A stretch of 64,000 nucleotides of DNA from a virus. Its lineage: Duplodnaviria > Caudoviricetes. A program made the position numbers and the translations under genes. This document shows positions 28,034-39,700 of this stretch, one piece after another. The notes beneath the pieces were generated by a model, which worked only from the letters and a program-made list of their open reading frames with translations, was not told where the DNA came from and did not search any database. Where the stretch lies: the IMG/VR virus record IMGVR_UViG_3300033072_000529; one strand, written 5' to 3'. Position 1 is the stretch's first letter. Every line of letters starts with the position of its first letter.

Positions 28034-30745
28034 ATGAGTTTACCAGTTTCAGCATATGATATCGTACCCCTATCTAGTGTCAGTCTAGAAGTTACTAGTC
28101 GATATATAAATACCGCCCGCGAATTTTCCAATGCTGGATTTGGATACGATGTTATTGACTATAATATATCACAGAACAGTTTTAACATGTTGATATCTGC
28201 TGTACCCCTACAGGTATTAGCCAACACGGTGAAAAATGTATCAGGTATAAATATAGGGCATACTGGTAATATAACGTTTAACACGTTGAAAACCGATGCA
28301 TCCTTAGCACCCCAATCATATATACCTTTATCATCTAATTATATTCTATCATTACCAGTTGGTAATATATCAGCATATAATATTATACCACTAAAAACTA
28401 CCATGGGTGTAACCGGTGAATATGATATTAAATCAGTGAATGATAGAGTGCCTGTCAGAGTTTACGATGGTATTTACATAGATGGTACAGGTACTATGTA
28501 CAGTCAGTTTATTAGTAATGTTACTCCCGTAATTTTTCCACCGGATTCATATACATCTGTACACATACCATACACTGTGGGAGTGCATTATATCAGTGCA
28601 CTAGGATTTCAAAACAATGGAGCTATATACGGCGATTCACCTATAAATTCTGATGTAATTCTACTAGATAAAACTGGTTATTCGTCATATACCGATTCTA
28701 GTAACAATACTCCTTTATACGGTGGACAACCTCTATGTATATGGTTGGATAGTACAGGATGGAAAACTAGATGGTGGGATAGTAATAATATATCTCAGGG
28801 GGCAGCATTATCCGCACCCCGAAATACCTCAGTATTTCAATCTTATATTGATATCCCATCAGATGATTATGTACAATCCCGAGATAAATTCACATATCTA
28901 TCATATGGTCCTGATAGAAACAGCACATATGTAAACAGTTTTTCTAGTAATTTGGTCTGTTTATTATCTACTTGGAATGCTACTATGCATGATGCAGTTA
29001 ATGCTATTCCGGCATTCATTCCACAGGGTGTATATGATGGCTCACCGGATGAACTACAATTAAATGGGGACACTATAGTACAAATTCCAGCCAATTCAAC
29101 TATGTTCGTTGAAGATAACTTATCAGTTAATTTAGATGTGAAATTAACTGATTGGAGCAAAGGAATAGCAACACAATTGTTTGGTGATTTTGATAATGAT
29201 GGCGGATATGGATTGTTCTATAACAACGGCAATGATTATGATATGATTAGTATACCTGCTAACAATGGTATACTATATGGATTGAATTATAGAGGATTCA
29301 AGGTGTTTGAGAAAAATATAGCCACTGCCATTGGGGCATCCGCCGTGAAATTGGATTATATATGTAATGATCTATATGGTGAAAAATGGCTATATGACTC
29401 CCTTAATTCTAAAGTACATCGATTAGATGGCGATAATCTAATCAAGTTTTCCATATCTATTCCTAGTACTGCTGTAATATCAAAAATGGCAGTTAATTCA
29501 CAATCCGAGTTGTTCATATTAGATACCTATAATAAACGCATTCGTCGATATGACGTGAACGGTAATATAGTATCATCGTCAGTTGCTACATACACCAATT
29601 TCGATATAACAAGGGCAGATGCATTGAAAACTGCCAATGCCGACTATATGACCGTTAATAACAACGGTGATATTATAAAGATATTGGGTATAAACTTATA
29701 TGAAAATACCACTGTCAAATATCATATAGGACAAAAGTGTAGTTCGTTGGCATTGGATATAGAAGGTAATATATGGATAACGTATTCTAATCGCCTGATC
29801 AAATTATCACCGGAATATAAAAAGGTATTTGATATTCCGATATATCTACCATTTACTGATACTTCTTCGGTAGCCACTACATTCGTCAAAGAATTACGGA
29901 ATAATATAGAATATAATTCATTTTGGATTATATACAATAACAATACGTATTTGATAAAAATCGATAAGGATGGTAATATTTTAAAACGTATAAATCTTCG
30001 AGATGTGATTAACTTGGCAGGTTGTTCTGCATTAGGATTATCTATAAAAGGGGACTTCACTGGATACGATATCAAGCGCAAATACAATGTGTTCTCCAAC
30101 GGGGCAGCCATATCTATATCGAACCCTGCTATAACATTGAAGCTGATTACTAGTTGTGCAGGCAGTAAAACTATTAGACAGCTACACACTCCTTGTAAGG
30201 ATTTCTATGGATGGAAAAATATAGGATTCACCTATAACACCACCAATGGTAGAACCACTATCGATCTATATATAGACGGGGCATCTAAGACATCCATGTC
30301 GCTGACTCGTCATTATAAAATAGATTACGGTGCAAAAACATCCCCGTTTATAATAGGGGGCGTATCCGGTAAATTAGAATCCAGAAACAGCGAATCATTA
30401 TATTTAAATGATGCATATATGGTAGGAACCGTGAATAATCTACGGGTATATTCCACGGCACTATCTCGTTTACAGCACCTAGCATTATACAAAGCAGGGT
30501 ATTATGATAACTGGATGGATATGATTTGGTATTGTCCAACTCCTCCCCGTACATATCTAGAAGAGATGAAATATTATCATGTTAATAGATATCATGGTCA
30601 TAAATCAAACCTCTTCAATATTATAATACGGGGATTAGGGGTGACATCTGATGCAGATAAAGATATTATTCGCAACCGTATATTACAGGATATTGATAAA
30701 CTCATCCCTGTTAATACCGAGGTTAATGAAATCATATTCGCATAA
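28034..30745 (+). CDS. LamG/concanavalin-like and beta-propeller structural protein
   Basis: W..I.FTY......LYIDG, IGG, G.V.NLRVY..ALS; NHL-like repeats (MAVNSQSELFILD, LALDIEGNIWI). Confidence 0.65.
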   Translation: MSLPVSAYDIVPLSSVSLEVTSRYINTAREFSNAGFGYDVIDYNISQNSFNMLISAVPLQVLANTVKNVSGINIGHTGNITFNTLKTDASLAPQSYIPLSSNYILSLPVGNISAYNIIPLKTTMGVTGEYDIKSVNDRVPVRVYDGIYIDGTGTMYSQFISNVTPVIFPPDSYTSVHIPYTVGVHYISALGFQNNGAIYGDSPINSDVILLDKTGYSSYTDSSNNTPLYGGQPLCIWLDSTGWKTRWWDSNNISQGAALSAPRNTSVFQSYIDIPSDDYVQSRDKFTYLSYGPDRNSTYVNSFSSNLVCLLSTWNATMHDAVNAIPAFIPQGVYDGSPDELQLNGDTIVQIPANSTMFVEDNLSVNLDVKLTDWSKGIATQLFGDFDNDGGYGLFYNNGNDYDMISIPANNGILYGLNYRGFKVFEKNIATAIGASAVKLDYICNDLYGEKWLYDSLNSKVHRLDGDNLIKFSISIPSTAVISKMAVNSQSELFILDTYNKRIRRYDVNGNIVSSSVATYTNFDITRADALKTANADYMTVNNNGDIIKILGINLYENTTVKYHIGQKCSSLALDIEGNIWITYSNRLIKLSPEYKKVFDIPIYLPFTDTSSVATTFVKELRNNIEYNSFWIIYNNNTYLIKIDKDGNILKRINLRDVINLAGCSALGLSIKGDFTGYDIKRKYNVFSNGAAISISNPAITLKLITSCAGSKTIRQLHTPCKDFYGWKNIGFTYNTTNGRTTIDLYIDGASKTSMSLTRHYKIDYGAKTSPFIIGGVSGKLESRNSESLYLNDAYMVGTVNNLRVYSTALSRLQHLALYKAGYYDNWMDMIWYCPTPPRTYLEEMKYYHVNRYHGHKSNLFNIIIRGLGVTSDADKDIIRNRILQDIDKLIPVNTEVNEIIFA

Positions 30746-30772
30746 TTCGCATAGCACCATATAAATACTTCT

Positions 30773-33214
30773 ATGAATAATCCGATAGATCGTACCTTAT
30801 CAAAATTGCCATATGTACGGGCAATGTTTGAAGATGAAGATATCAATAAATTGAATAAGAAGTTTGATATATTTTCCTCTGCATCTATTACCGAAGAAAA
30901 ACAAAAACAACGACTATCGATAGTCAATCAATATGATCATGAAATGGAGTTTGCAACCAACGGGGGTAAACATATACCATTATATTATCATCAATTGATG
31001 AACGGTGCTACCTCTAATGATAAAAAACGTAGAATAATCGAATATCGATCCATGGCATCTTATTCCATGGTAGCATCTGCTATTAGAGAAATATGTAATG
31101 AAATGTTCGTTAAAGACGAACATGGGCAAATAGTAAAGTGTAAGTTACGGGGAGATTATAACGATGAAGTTAAATCTATAATCGAAGACGAATTTCAGAG
31201 ATTTCTAAATGTGTTCAAAATTGATGAACGAGGATGGAGATATATATGGGATCACATCGTAGAGGGTGAATTGTTTTTTGAAAACATTGTATCCCTGCAA
31301 CACCCCGAACGAGGTATTCTAGGATTAACTCGTATCGCAGCAGAACGTATCGACCCACTATATTATGACTTAGATAACGAATTAATAGATTCCTTCATAT
31401 TAAGAGCAAAACAACAAGATCAATATCCATATCAATGGGGTAAATCGTCATTAGGTCAATATAATAGTGAGAATCAAACTCGTCTTATTTTCCTAAATGA
31501 TAAACAAGTCACCTATATAAGCAATACTGCATGGGAAGAAACTGCTAAGAAATATAAATTGCCGGTGTTGGCAGAAGCCCATAGAGCTTACCGACAATTA
31601 GCATTGATTGAAGATGCTACTATAATATACATGTTGATGCGTGCACCTCAACGATTGGTGTTTAATGTGGATGTGGGTCACTTACCTCCATCTAAACAAG
31701 AACAACATTTGCAACGTCTCATGGCTAAATTCTGGACTAAGAAATCCATGTCCAGCAACGGTCAAGTAGTGAATGAATATGATGCTATGGGAATGGCAGA
31801 AAACTATATATTCGCTAAACCAAGAGAAGGGGAAGGTACGACTGTTACTACTCTGGATGGTGGTAATGCAAGTCCTGACAACTTAGAAATATTGAATTTC
31901 TTCGTGAAGAAACTTTACGATGCTCTACACGTTCCTATATCCCGATTGAATTCGGATACCACTTTTGCGGATGGAGAAAATATTTCCCGAGAAGAATTGC
32001 GTTTCGCAAACTTCATTATGGATATACAAAAACAATGGGCATATGCTATAAAGTCCACGTTTATAACACATTTAAAACTACGGGGTAAAAAACTATCTCA
32101 ACTAGCTCGATCATTGAAAATGGGAGATGTGGAAATATCCATGAAAGGTGATACAAAAGAGAAAACCACCGTGGGCGCTGTATATTTAAAAGATTCCACC
32201 AACTGGGATAATACCTGCTGGGATAATATTCGCCAGTTAGACACAGCCATATTGACACATATTGATACACAATTATCGCAAGCTACAGAAGCATATAATA
32301 TGATATCAGCTTCAATACATGAGAGCTTGGATAAACGGGAGGCTTTGATAGAAAATATCAAGCAATTGGATTCACAAGCAGTGGATATAATTGATGAGAA
32401 TGTCGAGAATAATAAACTCATTCTAGACTTCTTAAATCGCAGCATATCAGATTTGATTGCCGAGCAGAATCAGCACGCAGAGCGGATAGATCAATTATCT
32501 GCTATGAAGAATGATAGTGAATCTTGGTGGGAGCAATATGATTTGAAGGAAGAAGATTTAGATGTGATGCTGAATCCTCCAACACAGTTCTACACTATTC
32601 GCCAACAACAACTACGTATTCAACAAACTGATAATTATAGTACTATGACTGCTAATGATTTAGTATCTAATACTTTGATGCAAAAAGAATGCCTAGGTTG
32701 GGATGATAAAAAGGTATTAGCAAATAGACGCTTCTTAATCAATGATGCCGCTTTACGTTGGATGCTGGCTAATGTGGAAGCTAATGGTCCTGATTTCCGT
32801 GAAAAAGCATTGAAAGAAATGCAAGGTGCTACCTCAGGGGAAGATGTAGACTTTGGTGGTATGGGTGGAGGCGGAGGTAGCTTACCATCCGGCGATACTA
32901 ATTTACCAGAATTTGGGGCACCCCCTGGAGGGGAAAATGCAGAAGGAGCAGCACCCGAAGGCGCGGCACCTCAAGCTGCCCCTGCGGATAATACCCAAGC
33001 TGCCCCGCCTAAAGCAGAATCAGTTATACATGTGAAAGGTATCCCTAATCCTTGGGGATTAACACCTGATAATATATACACTGTTGATATAAATCCTATG
33101 GTAGAGGGTCTGAATGCTGATATGCAACAATTATTAGAATCAACTGAGATAGATGATATCTATAAAAACAGCACCAACGCTCGATTCGTGCATCCCGTTT
33201 TAAGCCATAAATAA
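30773..33214 (+). CDS. gp20: portal protein, gp20-like, with large insertion
   Basis: YR.MA....V..AI.EI.NE, QL.LIEDA.IIY...RAP.RLVF.VDVG.LP, REGEGT.V.TL.GG, F.KKLY.AL.VP.SRL, I.R.EL.F..FI. Confidence 0.92.
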   Translation: MNNPIDRTLSKLPYVRAMFEDEDINKLNKKFDIFSSASITEEKQKQRLSIVNQYDHEMEFATNGGKHIPLYYHQLMNGATSNDKKRRIIEYRSMASYSMVASAIREICNEMFVKDEHGQIVKCKLRGDYNDEVKSIIEDEFQRFLNVFKIDERGWRYIWDHIVEGELFFENIVSLQHPERGILGLTRIAAERIDPLYYDLDNELIDSFILRAKQQDQYPYQWGKSSLGQYNSENQTRLIFLNDKQVTYISNTAWEETAKKYKLPVLAEAHRAYRQLALIEDATIIYMLMRAPQRLVFNVDVGHLPPSKQEQHLQRLMAKFWTKKSMSSNGQVVNEYDAMGMAENYIFAKPREGEGTTVTTLDGGNASPDNLEILNFFVKKLYDALHVPISRLNSDTTFADGENISREELRFANFIMDIQKQWAYAIKSTFITHLKLRGKKLSQLARSLKMGDVEISMKGDTKEKTTVGAVYLKDSTNWDNTCWDNIRQLDTAILTHIDTQLSQATEAYNMISASIHESLDKREALIENIKQLDSQAVDIIDENVENNKLILDFLNRSISDLIAEQNQHAERIDQLSAMKNDSESWWEQYDLKEEDLDVMLNPPTQFYTIRQQQLRIQQTDNYSTMTANDLVSNTLMQKECLGWDDKKVLANRRFLINDAALRWMLANVEANGPDFREKALKEMQGATSGEDVDFGGMGGGGGSLPSGDTNLPEFGAPPGGENAEGAAPEGAAPQAAPADNTQAAPPKAESVIHVKGIPNPWGLTPDNIYTVDINPMVEGLNADMQQLLESTEIDDIYKNSTNARFVHPVLSHK

Positions 33215-33221
33215 TATTCAG

Positions 33222-35330
33222 ATGGCAAATTCAAATCCAGTATTACCAGAAGGATGGGCCGGGTCAACTCATCTTGATCCGACTATCAGATCATATCGTG
33301 ATTTAGTATTACGATCCAAGTCTTTTCTAGGATATCCAGTACACGACGATGAATTACCTGCATCGACATGGGCAATGATCATCGATAATGCCTGTGAGAT
33401 ATATCAAGCCTGGGAAGGTTCTCGTAAAGAAGAATACCTAGTATTCTGCGCGGATTTGTATCAACCAGGATGCGGGGTTAAACTAGATGAACTTATCCAA
33501 GTAGGATGTAATAAAAATAGATGCGAACAAACCACAATAGTAGAGACAATAACATCATATCAAATAACATGTGATCCTATTGAAACTCGAACCGCATATT
33601 TATCCGTAACACCCTTTGTATATCCCTATGATGTTAAATATGCCACTCGTTTTGAAGATATTAAGCCTGAATTCACTGGCGTACAAGGGCAAAATATTCA
33701 TATATTCTTTGATCCGAAAAATCCTTGGAAAGCATCCAATGTATGTGCTGCTAACTGTGTGAATATTGCCCCTGTTAGTTCACAGTGGTATCAACTATCA
33801 GGTAATCATTGCTTATCTGCAACTGTTTTTGATTTCGTAAATGATTCGACTTTAACCAGTTATATATCAGCTATATCTAGCACCATAGTAGATTATCCGT
33901 TGTCTGCTGTCCCGTTGTCATCTATGGGTGTATCATTGACTGCTATTCCCATTACTCATTATCCTCTGGAGTGCTTCTATCCTGCTAATGAAAATATAGG
34001 CCCTCCACTACAAGCATGTATCAATATAGGGGGTGGATTAGGATATGTCACTCCTAGTTGTGGTCCGCTGAATTATTGCGAACCATTATCTGCACAGTTT
34101 AATATCTCCCCATCTTGGAACTATATCTTAACAGCAATCAATTTAACAAGTACTTGCGTAGCAACATCTTCCATACAAGTTCATAATGTTAGTAGTTATT
34201 TCCAACAATATTGCCAGTGCAATGGTATAACATTGGTATCATCTATAAACTACACGGCGTCTGCCTATTGCTATGATTTATATAAAGCTGTATTATCAGG
34301 TTCCGATGGTTTGATTGTTCCTGTATCGGCACTAGATATATCTAAAGCCTCCCATGTTAAATTATGGGATATTCCGTCATGCACTAATGATGGAAGTATA
34401 CCATTGGATTATAACGATGGTGTTAAGAGTACCTTCACTGTATGTAATTCCGCATTTTCTACCTCAGGACCGATGCTACTGGAACACGTACAATTCTTCA
34501 AAGATTATAAACCACCTCTGGAAGCATTAGATTGGTACTGCGGTATCAATAATAATGGATTCACTATGAGTTTCTATAATAGTGCATATGGTGAATGTAT
34601 AAGACATACCCCTGAAAAAGTTAAGGTAGATGTTACCTTTTGTAAACAACAAACTACCACACAAGTCGGGCAAGTTAGTACTGTTCATTATTCATCTTAT
34701 GATGAGGGATTGGGGCAAACTCGCAAGGTTCTTGGTGTATATAGTGTTGATCCCCCAAGTGGCGGATATTATGGAGGTTCCAGCGATCTTTTGTTTAACT
34801 TCGATTATGCTATTATGGCAGGAGCATTTGGCTATGATATATCATCAGGTACACGTAGTACCATGCTGAAACAATCGGGATATGATCTAGTCACATATCA
34901 TTTAGCTAAGTCTTTTGTGGAGCAAACTAGAAAGATGCTTAGATATACATCATATACATATGATCCGTATACTCAACGTCTAAAAATCATACCAGAACCC
35001 ACCGGTAGCTATAGGGGCGGGAGTGCTATAGGTGATGATTCATCTTGTTGCGCAGTTCGTTCCAATCAATGTTATATGGTGGGTGTATATCTATCTCCCA
35101 CAGTTGAAGAAATGTTGAGCACATATTGGGTGCAGGAATATGTTTTAGCTAAAGCTAAAACCATTATTGGTACTATGCGTTCCAAATATGGTAATAATCG
35201 TTTAGGCGATGGTACAACCATAGATGGTTCTGCTATGTTGGCAGAAGGAAATGAACGTATCAAAGAACTCATGAAAGAACTACGGGATGATCTATATTAT
35301 AACTCTGGCCCATTGTACTATATAGGGTAA
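33222..35330 (+). CDS. gp13: neck protein, gp13-like, with large Cys-rich insertion
   Basis: LG.PV...EL N-terminus; WV.EY.LA.AK..IG..RSKY....L..G.T.DG..M..E C-terminus. Confidence 0.8.
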   Translation: MANSNPVLPEGWAGSTHLDPTIRSYRDLVLRSKSFLGYPVHDDELPASTWAMIIDNACEIYQAWEGSRKEEYLVFCADLYQPGCGVKLDELIQVGCNKNRCEQTTIVETITSYQITCDPIETRTAYLSVTPFVYPYDVKYATRFEDIKPEFTGVQGQNIHIFFDPKNPWKASNVCAANCVNIAPVSSQWYQLSGNHCLSATVFDFVNDSTLTSYISAISSTIVDYPLSAVPLSSMGVSLTAIPITHYPLECFYPANENIGPPLQACINIGGGLGYVTPSCGPLNYCEPLSAQFNISPSWNYILTAINLTSTCVATSSIQVHNVSSYFQQYCQCNGITLVSSINYTASAYCYDLYKAVLSGSDGLIVPVSALDISKASHVKLWDIPSCTNDGSIPLDYNDGVKSTFTVCNSAFSTSGPMLLEHVQFFKDYKPPLEALDWYCGINNNGFTMSFYNSAYGECIRHTPEKVKVDVTFCKQQTTTQVGQVSTVHYSSYDEGLGQTRKVLGVYSVDPPSGGYYGGSSDLLFNFDYAIMAGAFGYDISSGTRSTMLKQSGYDLVTYHLAKSFVEQTRKMLRYTSYTYDPYTQRLKIIPEPTGSYRGGSAIGDDSSCCAVRSNQCYMVGVYLSPTVEEMLSTYWVQEYVLAKAKTIIGTMRSKYGNNRLGDGTTIDGSAMLAEGNERIKELMKELRDDLYYNSGPLYYIG

Positions 35331-35347
35331 TTCAATTAAATACATTT

Positions 35348-35659
35348 ATGGCAAGTCGGTTTAATACATACATAGAACAAGTTTACAGAATGATCGAAGA
35401 ATCCAAACGCCCTAAATGTACAGGGCCTGGTTTACCAGAACTATCATCTAAACGTGGTTATAAATTCTCTAGATGTGTAGAGAACCCATATTCTGATGGT
35501 TATAAAAGAATATTCTACGGTAAAGTAGGAAAAAAGACTAACATCGCTAAATGTCTAAAAAATATGCCTCAAGCAGGAACAGGCAAATATGAAGATTGTA
35601 AGCTGGCTATACGAGCATGGAAACGCCGATTGGCTCTTAAACGGGCGAAAAAGGCATAA
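35348..35659 (+). CDS. small basic Cys-containing protein with leader-like N-terminus
   Basis: MASRFNTYIE...MIEES; Lys/Arg-rich; TAAATA upstream. Confidence 0.6.
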   Translation: MASRFNTYIEQVYRMIEESKRPKCTGPGLPELSSKRGYKFSRCVENPYSDGYKRIFYGKVGKKTNIAKCLKNMPQAGTGKYEDCKLAIRAWKRRLALKRAKKA

Positions 35660-35689
35660 ATAATTGTTTAGTACTATAAGTAGTACCAT

Positions 35690-35884
35690 ATGCTAATCAC
35701 AGAACTAATGTTGTTGTCCAGTGATCTACTTCCTTGTAAATTAAAGGAAAAAAAGATGTTTAATAAACAGACTAGCTGCTATAATATAAAACAGAATTAT
35801 AGTAAAAAATCTGATCCTATCCGGTCTAATACGGTGGAGCGCGATCCTCCACCGGATCAATCTACTTTAACTACATCTCCATAA
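35690..35884 (+). CDS. possible small late protein
   Basis: TATAAGTA 7 nt before ATG, but 3' end overlaps the convergent gene. Confidence 0.3.
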   Translation: MLITELMLLSSDLLPCKLKEKKMFNKQTSCYNIKQNYSKKSDPIRSNTVERDPPPDQSTLTTSP

Positions 35885-36501
35885 TAACTAAGAATTTTTC
35901 CATCTATGGCAGTGAGCGCCATAGCAGAACTTCTAACCCTGATATATGATTTACCATCAGGTGATATTATATTAAATTCGTCTTCATAAGGTATACGGTG
36001 TTCTATATATCTTTTCCAATTTAACCAGACATCCATTCGCTCATCATCTTTAACAGCCGTCAGCCAACCATTATCTAACATAGCATCTTTGGATAATCCG
36101 AATATCTCGACCATGGTATTATTAACCCAGGTCCATTTTCCATTGGCATCACATTCATATTGTCCTATAGGTAGATATTTGTCCGCTATCATCTTAGAAC
36201 GCAATTCACTTAGACGAACAGCATTGTCTATACGAGTAATCTGATCCTTTATAGATTTACCCGAATTCTTAGAGAACTCATATTGAAATGATTCCATGAA
36301 CGGTAATACCCGGTTATTCAACAACTCTAAAGTAGCATCAAGTTTATTAGGCATCGCATCTGCTCTTTTATAGAAATTAACAACTTTTTCCCATATAGGC
36401 TTAAATACCCCTTTCACTATTATTATAATAGTTCCAATAATAGTTATGGCTGATACGATCAAGGTAAACCAATCGTTTAAATCATGCGGGAGTTCTAGCA
36501 T
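35857..36501 (-). CDS. single-TM protein with C-terminal PAS domain (holin/lysis-regulator candidate)
   Basis: TM FTLIVSAITIIGTIIIIV; PAS pattern D.NG...WVN.....FG......L..GW..AV..D+R..V...W......PY..E..I...DG....V. Confidence 0.75.
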   Translation of the reverse strand: MLELPHDLNDWFTLIVSAITIIGTIIIIVKGVFKPIWEKVVNFYKRADAMPNKLDATLELLNNRVLPFMESFQYEFSKNSGKSIKDQITRIDNAVRLSELRSKMIADKYLPIGQYECDANGKWTWVNNTMVEIFGLSKDAMLDNGWLTAVKDDERMDVWLNWKRYIEHRIPYEDEFNIISPDGKSYIRVRSSAMALTAIDGKILSYYGDVVKVD

Positions 36502-36523
36502 AATATTATTTATAAGTATTTAG

Positions 36524-36727
36524 ATGGATAAGATTTTTGCATTATTACAATACGTAACTAATATATGGGCGCAAATTTGCGGATTATATAACTTGTTTTT
36601 CCAGAAAAAACCTGATCCAAAAATCAGAGAGAATAAAATAAAGACGCAAGTTGAGGAAGAAAAAAAAGTCAGCAACTTAGTCAAAGATGCCCAAGTTGCT
36701 GACCTTAATAAAGAGCTAATGAATTAA
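36524..36727 (+). CDS. small membrane-anchored coiled-coil protein (i-spanin-like candidate)
   Basis: Weakly hydrophobic N-terminus then charged helix; TAAGTA upstream; divergent from TM-PAS gene. Confidence 0.4.
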   Translation: MDKIFALLQYVTNIWAQICGLYNLFFQKKPDPKIRENKIKTQVEEEKKVSNLVKDAQVADLNKELMN

Positions 36728-39700
36728 GCAGGTTCTATTATAAACCATGCCACATCACTAGCATCACTAGCATTGGTACTGGTGATAGCAAATGATGTAC
36801 CCGCAGTTCTAGCTGATATATATGGAGATCCAACATTTGTTAATGTTCCACCATTAACAGTTAAGAATATGCGACTATTAGCAGTCACTTTAGTGGTACT
36901 AACAGTTGCAGTTCCGCCTACCAAGGTCACTATACCAGATGTAGCATTTGATCCTTCTTTTATATAGAGTCCCTTACCAGCAGTTCCTATGTATAAATCA
37001 GTGGCTAATACCAATGGTCCAGTAGCAGATAATGTTGCTCTGGTGGTTCCATCAGTTTGCAGATTCATATCTCTAGCAGTTCCACCCCCTGACCCTTTTT
37101 CTGTACCAACATTCAGAGCATTGCCAGACCATTCCAGTTTACCCCGTTCATATTTGGTTGTTGATGTGTAGGTATTATATATACGGAAGATTTGAGCATT
37201 AGTACTATTACGTTGTGCCATGGCACCTATAGCATCACATGCTAATACAGTACCGAAGTTTCCGCCGTTCCCGACCGATCCATTGGCATTTCTCCAACAA
37301 AAACCTGCATCTAATCCTACCATTAGGTATGAATTACCACCGGGCAATCCGTTATCTGAAAGAACCATACGTTCCCCTGTATTAACAATGAACTGCATTA
37401 ATCCACCGTTGCCAGCACCAAAACCTACTGCACCCGATTGGGTGGCGATCCAAGGTTTGTTATAATCAACATCAGATCGTATTTGTATAACATTTGAGAA
37501 TGCTGAGTTATTCACAGATGAATCTATCATTAATTTACCAGTAGGAGCGGCTGCACCCTGTATCGGAAGATCATATATTCTCCAATCTACAGGCATGGAT
37601 GTTGCGGGTGCAGTTGATTTATATCCTTGTCCGCTAAAATGTAAGGCTGGAGATGTCTGTTGTGCCGCATTTCCTGCTGATATTGTATTGGTTAATAATA
37701 TACCATCTGCTGCACTGGTTCCCAGACGTAATCGGGTGACGCTGAGTGCGCCCATACCAGTCAAAGTACCAGAACTACTCAAACTCAATGCGGATAAGTT
37801 ATACACCCCTCCACCAGTTATATACGCACTATTGGCATTCTGTAAGGACATTGTACCCAGCATACTATTATCCCATGATGCCGAATTAGTTAGGACAGTA
37901 GTATATACCGATATATTGTTAGCTGATTGATTACCAAATACAGTGCTAACTTCATCCCATGCAGATGTTGTGGCATTATACCAGTATCCGCCTGAAAGAC
38001 TATTGTATCGAAGAATATTGGCATCTACAGGATTAGTTAATATTACATTGTGTAATTCGTTCAAGGTATCATGTTCATCTATATCAACGAACAAATCGAT
38101 TAAGTTGTTGGGGGATGAGCCTCCAGTAGCTACTACCATACCTACCCGTACTATGTGATTAGGTTTAGTAGGAGGTATATTGGTCAACATACCAGGAGTA
38201 GTGGATAGGTATAATACATCCCCTTCTATAAATTCAGACGTGCCTACGTTTATACTGTGCACAATACCCCGTTTAGTGACATATCCCACATCGGTTCCAT
38301 CACCCATTATACTACTGGTGGTCACACCAAATACAACACTGGCAGCACTAGCAGTATAGGATGCATCTGCTAATGCCACTGAGGGTAATGCAATACCGAA
38401 TCCGAATCCTTGTAAATATACCACTCGACCATTGGCTATCGTTGATCCCGTATTATTACACATGCGGGCAACTTCCTCTTGGCCTAAATTAATAGTCACT
38501 CCCGGTATCTCATTATAATATGATAATGTGTGCGATGAGTTATCATAGAACACTATTCCTTCTTTTCTTTCGGGAGCACCCCCATTAGCAAATTGAATAG
38601 CATTGAAATTCGCAGACAATGCGGATAATGTCGATAAGGTGGATAGCGGACCATATAATTGTCCTCCATTAACAGTGTAGAAATTTGCACTATTGGCTTG
38701 TGCCCAAGCAGTGAAAATTGGATCAGTTTCCGTACCACTTCCCGCCCAAGACGCAGAGTTGGATAACACGGTATTATATGAATTATTCCATTGAACAGAA
38801 TTACCGTTGGGCGCATATATAGGGCCAGTTACAATCACTGGACTATTAATTAAGGTATTTGCGGATACTCCTGGTGTTATAACCAAATCCTCATTTGGAG
38901 CTACACCATTAGCGGTAATAGACGGGCCATATGTACCATCACCTAATCGCATACCTAATTCGCCTAACAGTATTTGCTTCCAGCGTTTATCGTTTGGGCG
39001 ACCCAGGTAATATTGATTATCCTCTCCCCAAACACTGGATGCCAGCCCTAATTCTTTTTGCGCTCCATACCACACCCCAGTATGCCCATCGCCAGTAAAA
39101 TACATTCTATCACCGGAGAATCTAATATCCGACCGTTGGGACATGCCACCAAATCGGGCCATATCCTTTACCAATATCATACCATCCCCAGCGGGATTTA
39201 TGGTTATGTTATTATTACCATCCGATGTTGATATAGTTAATGGATTTCCTAATTCGGTGGTGATATTATTAGCCGTAATATTTGGAGAACTAGTGTATAA
39301 CCAAGACGCAGAGTTAGTATTGACAGTAGTATATGTATTATTCCACATAACAGTGGATAATGGCGGCACTTCTGACCAAGTTGCAGAATTATTAGTAACT
39401 GTATTAAATGTATTATTCCATTGTGTTGAATTACCTCCTGTAGCTACTATAGTACCATCTACATCCAATGCATGCGCAGGATCAGCTATACCTATACCTA
39501 CATTACCATCAGATGTAACTGTGAAACGATTAGCATACGTTGATCCGTTGAAATCACCAACTACGAATTTAGTAGGACCATTTGTAGAGTTTATTATAAA
39601 TTCTCCGCCTCCTGGTGGAGTGAAACCTGTACCTGGATGAGCTGTGCCGAATAATTGAAAATATGATCCTAATATATTAGTCCCATCAAAACCGCCATAT

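Noticed and set aside
32085-34700. Inteins explaining the portal and gp13 insertions
   Set aside because: No block A (C/S start), TxxH or terminal HN/HQ motifs
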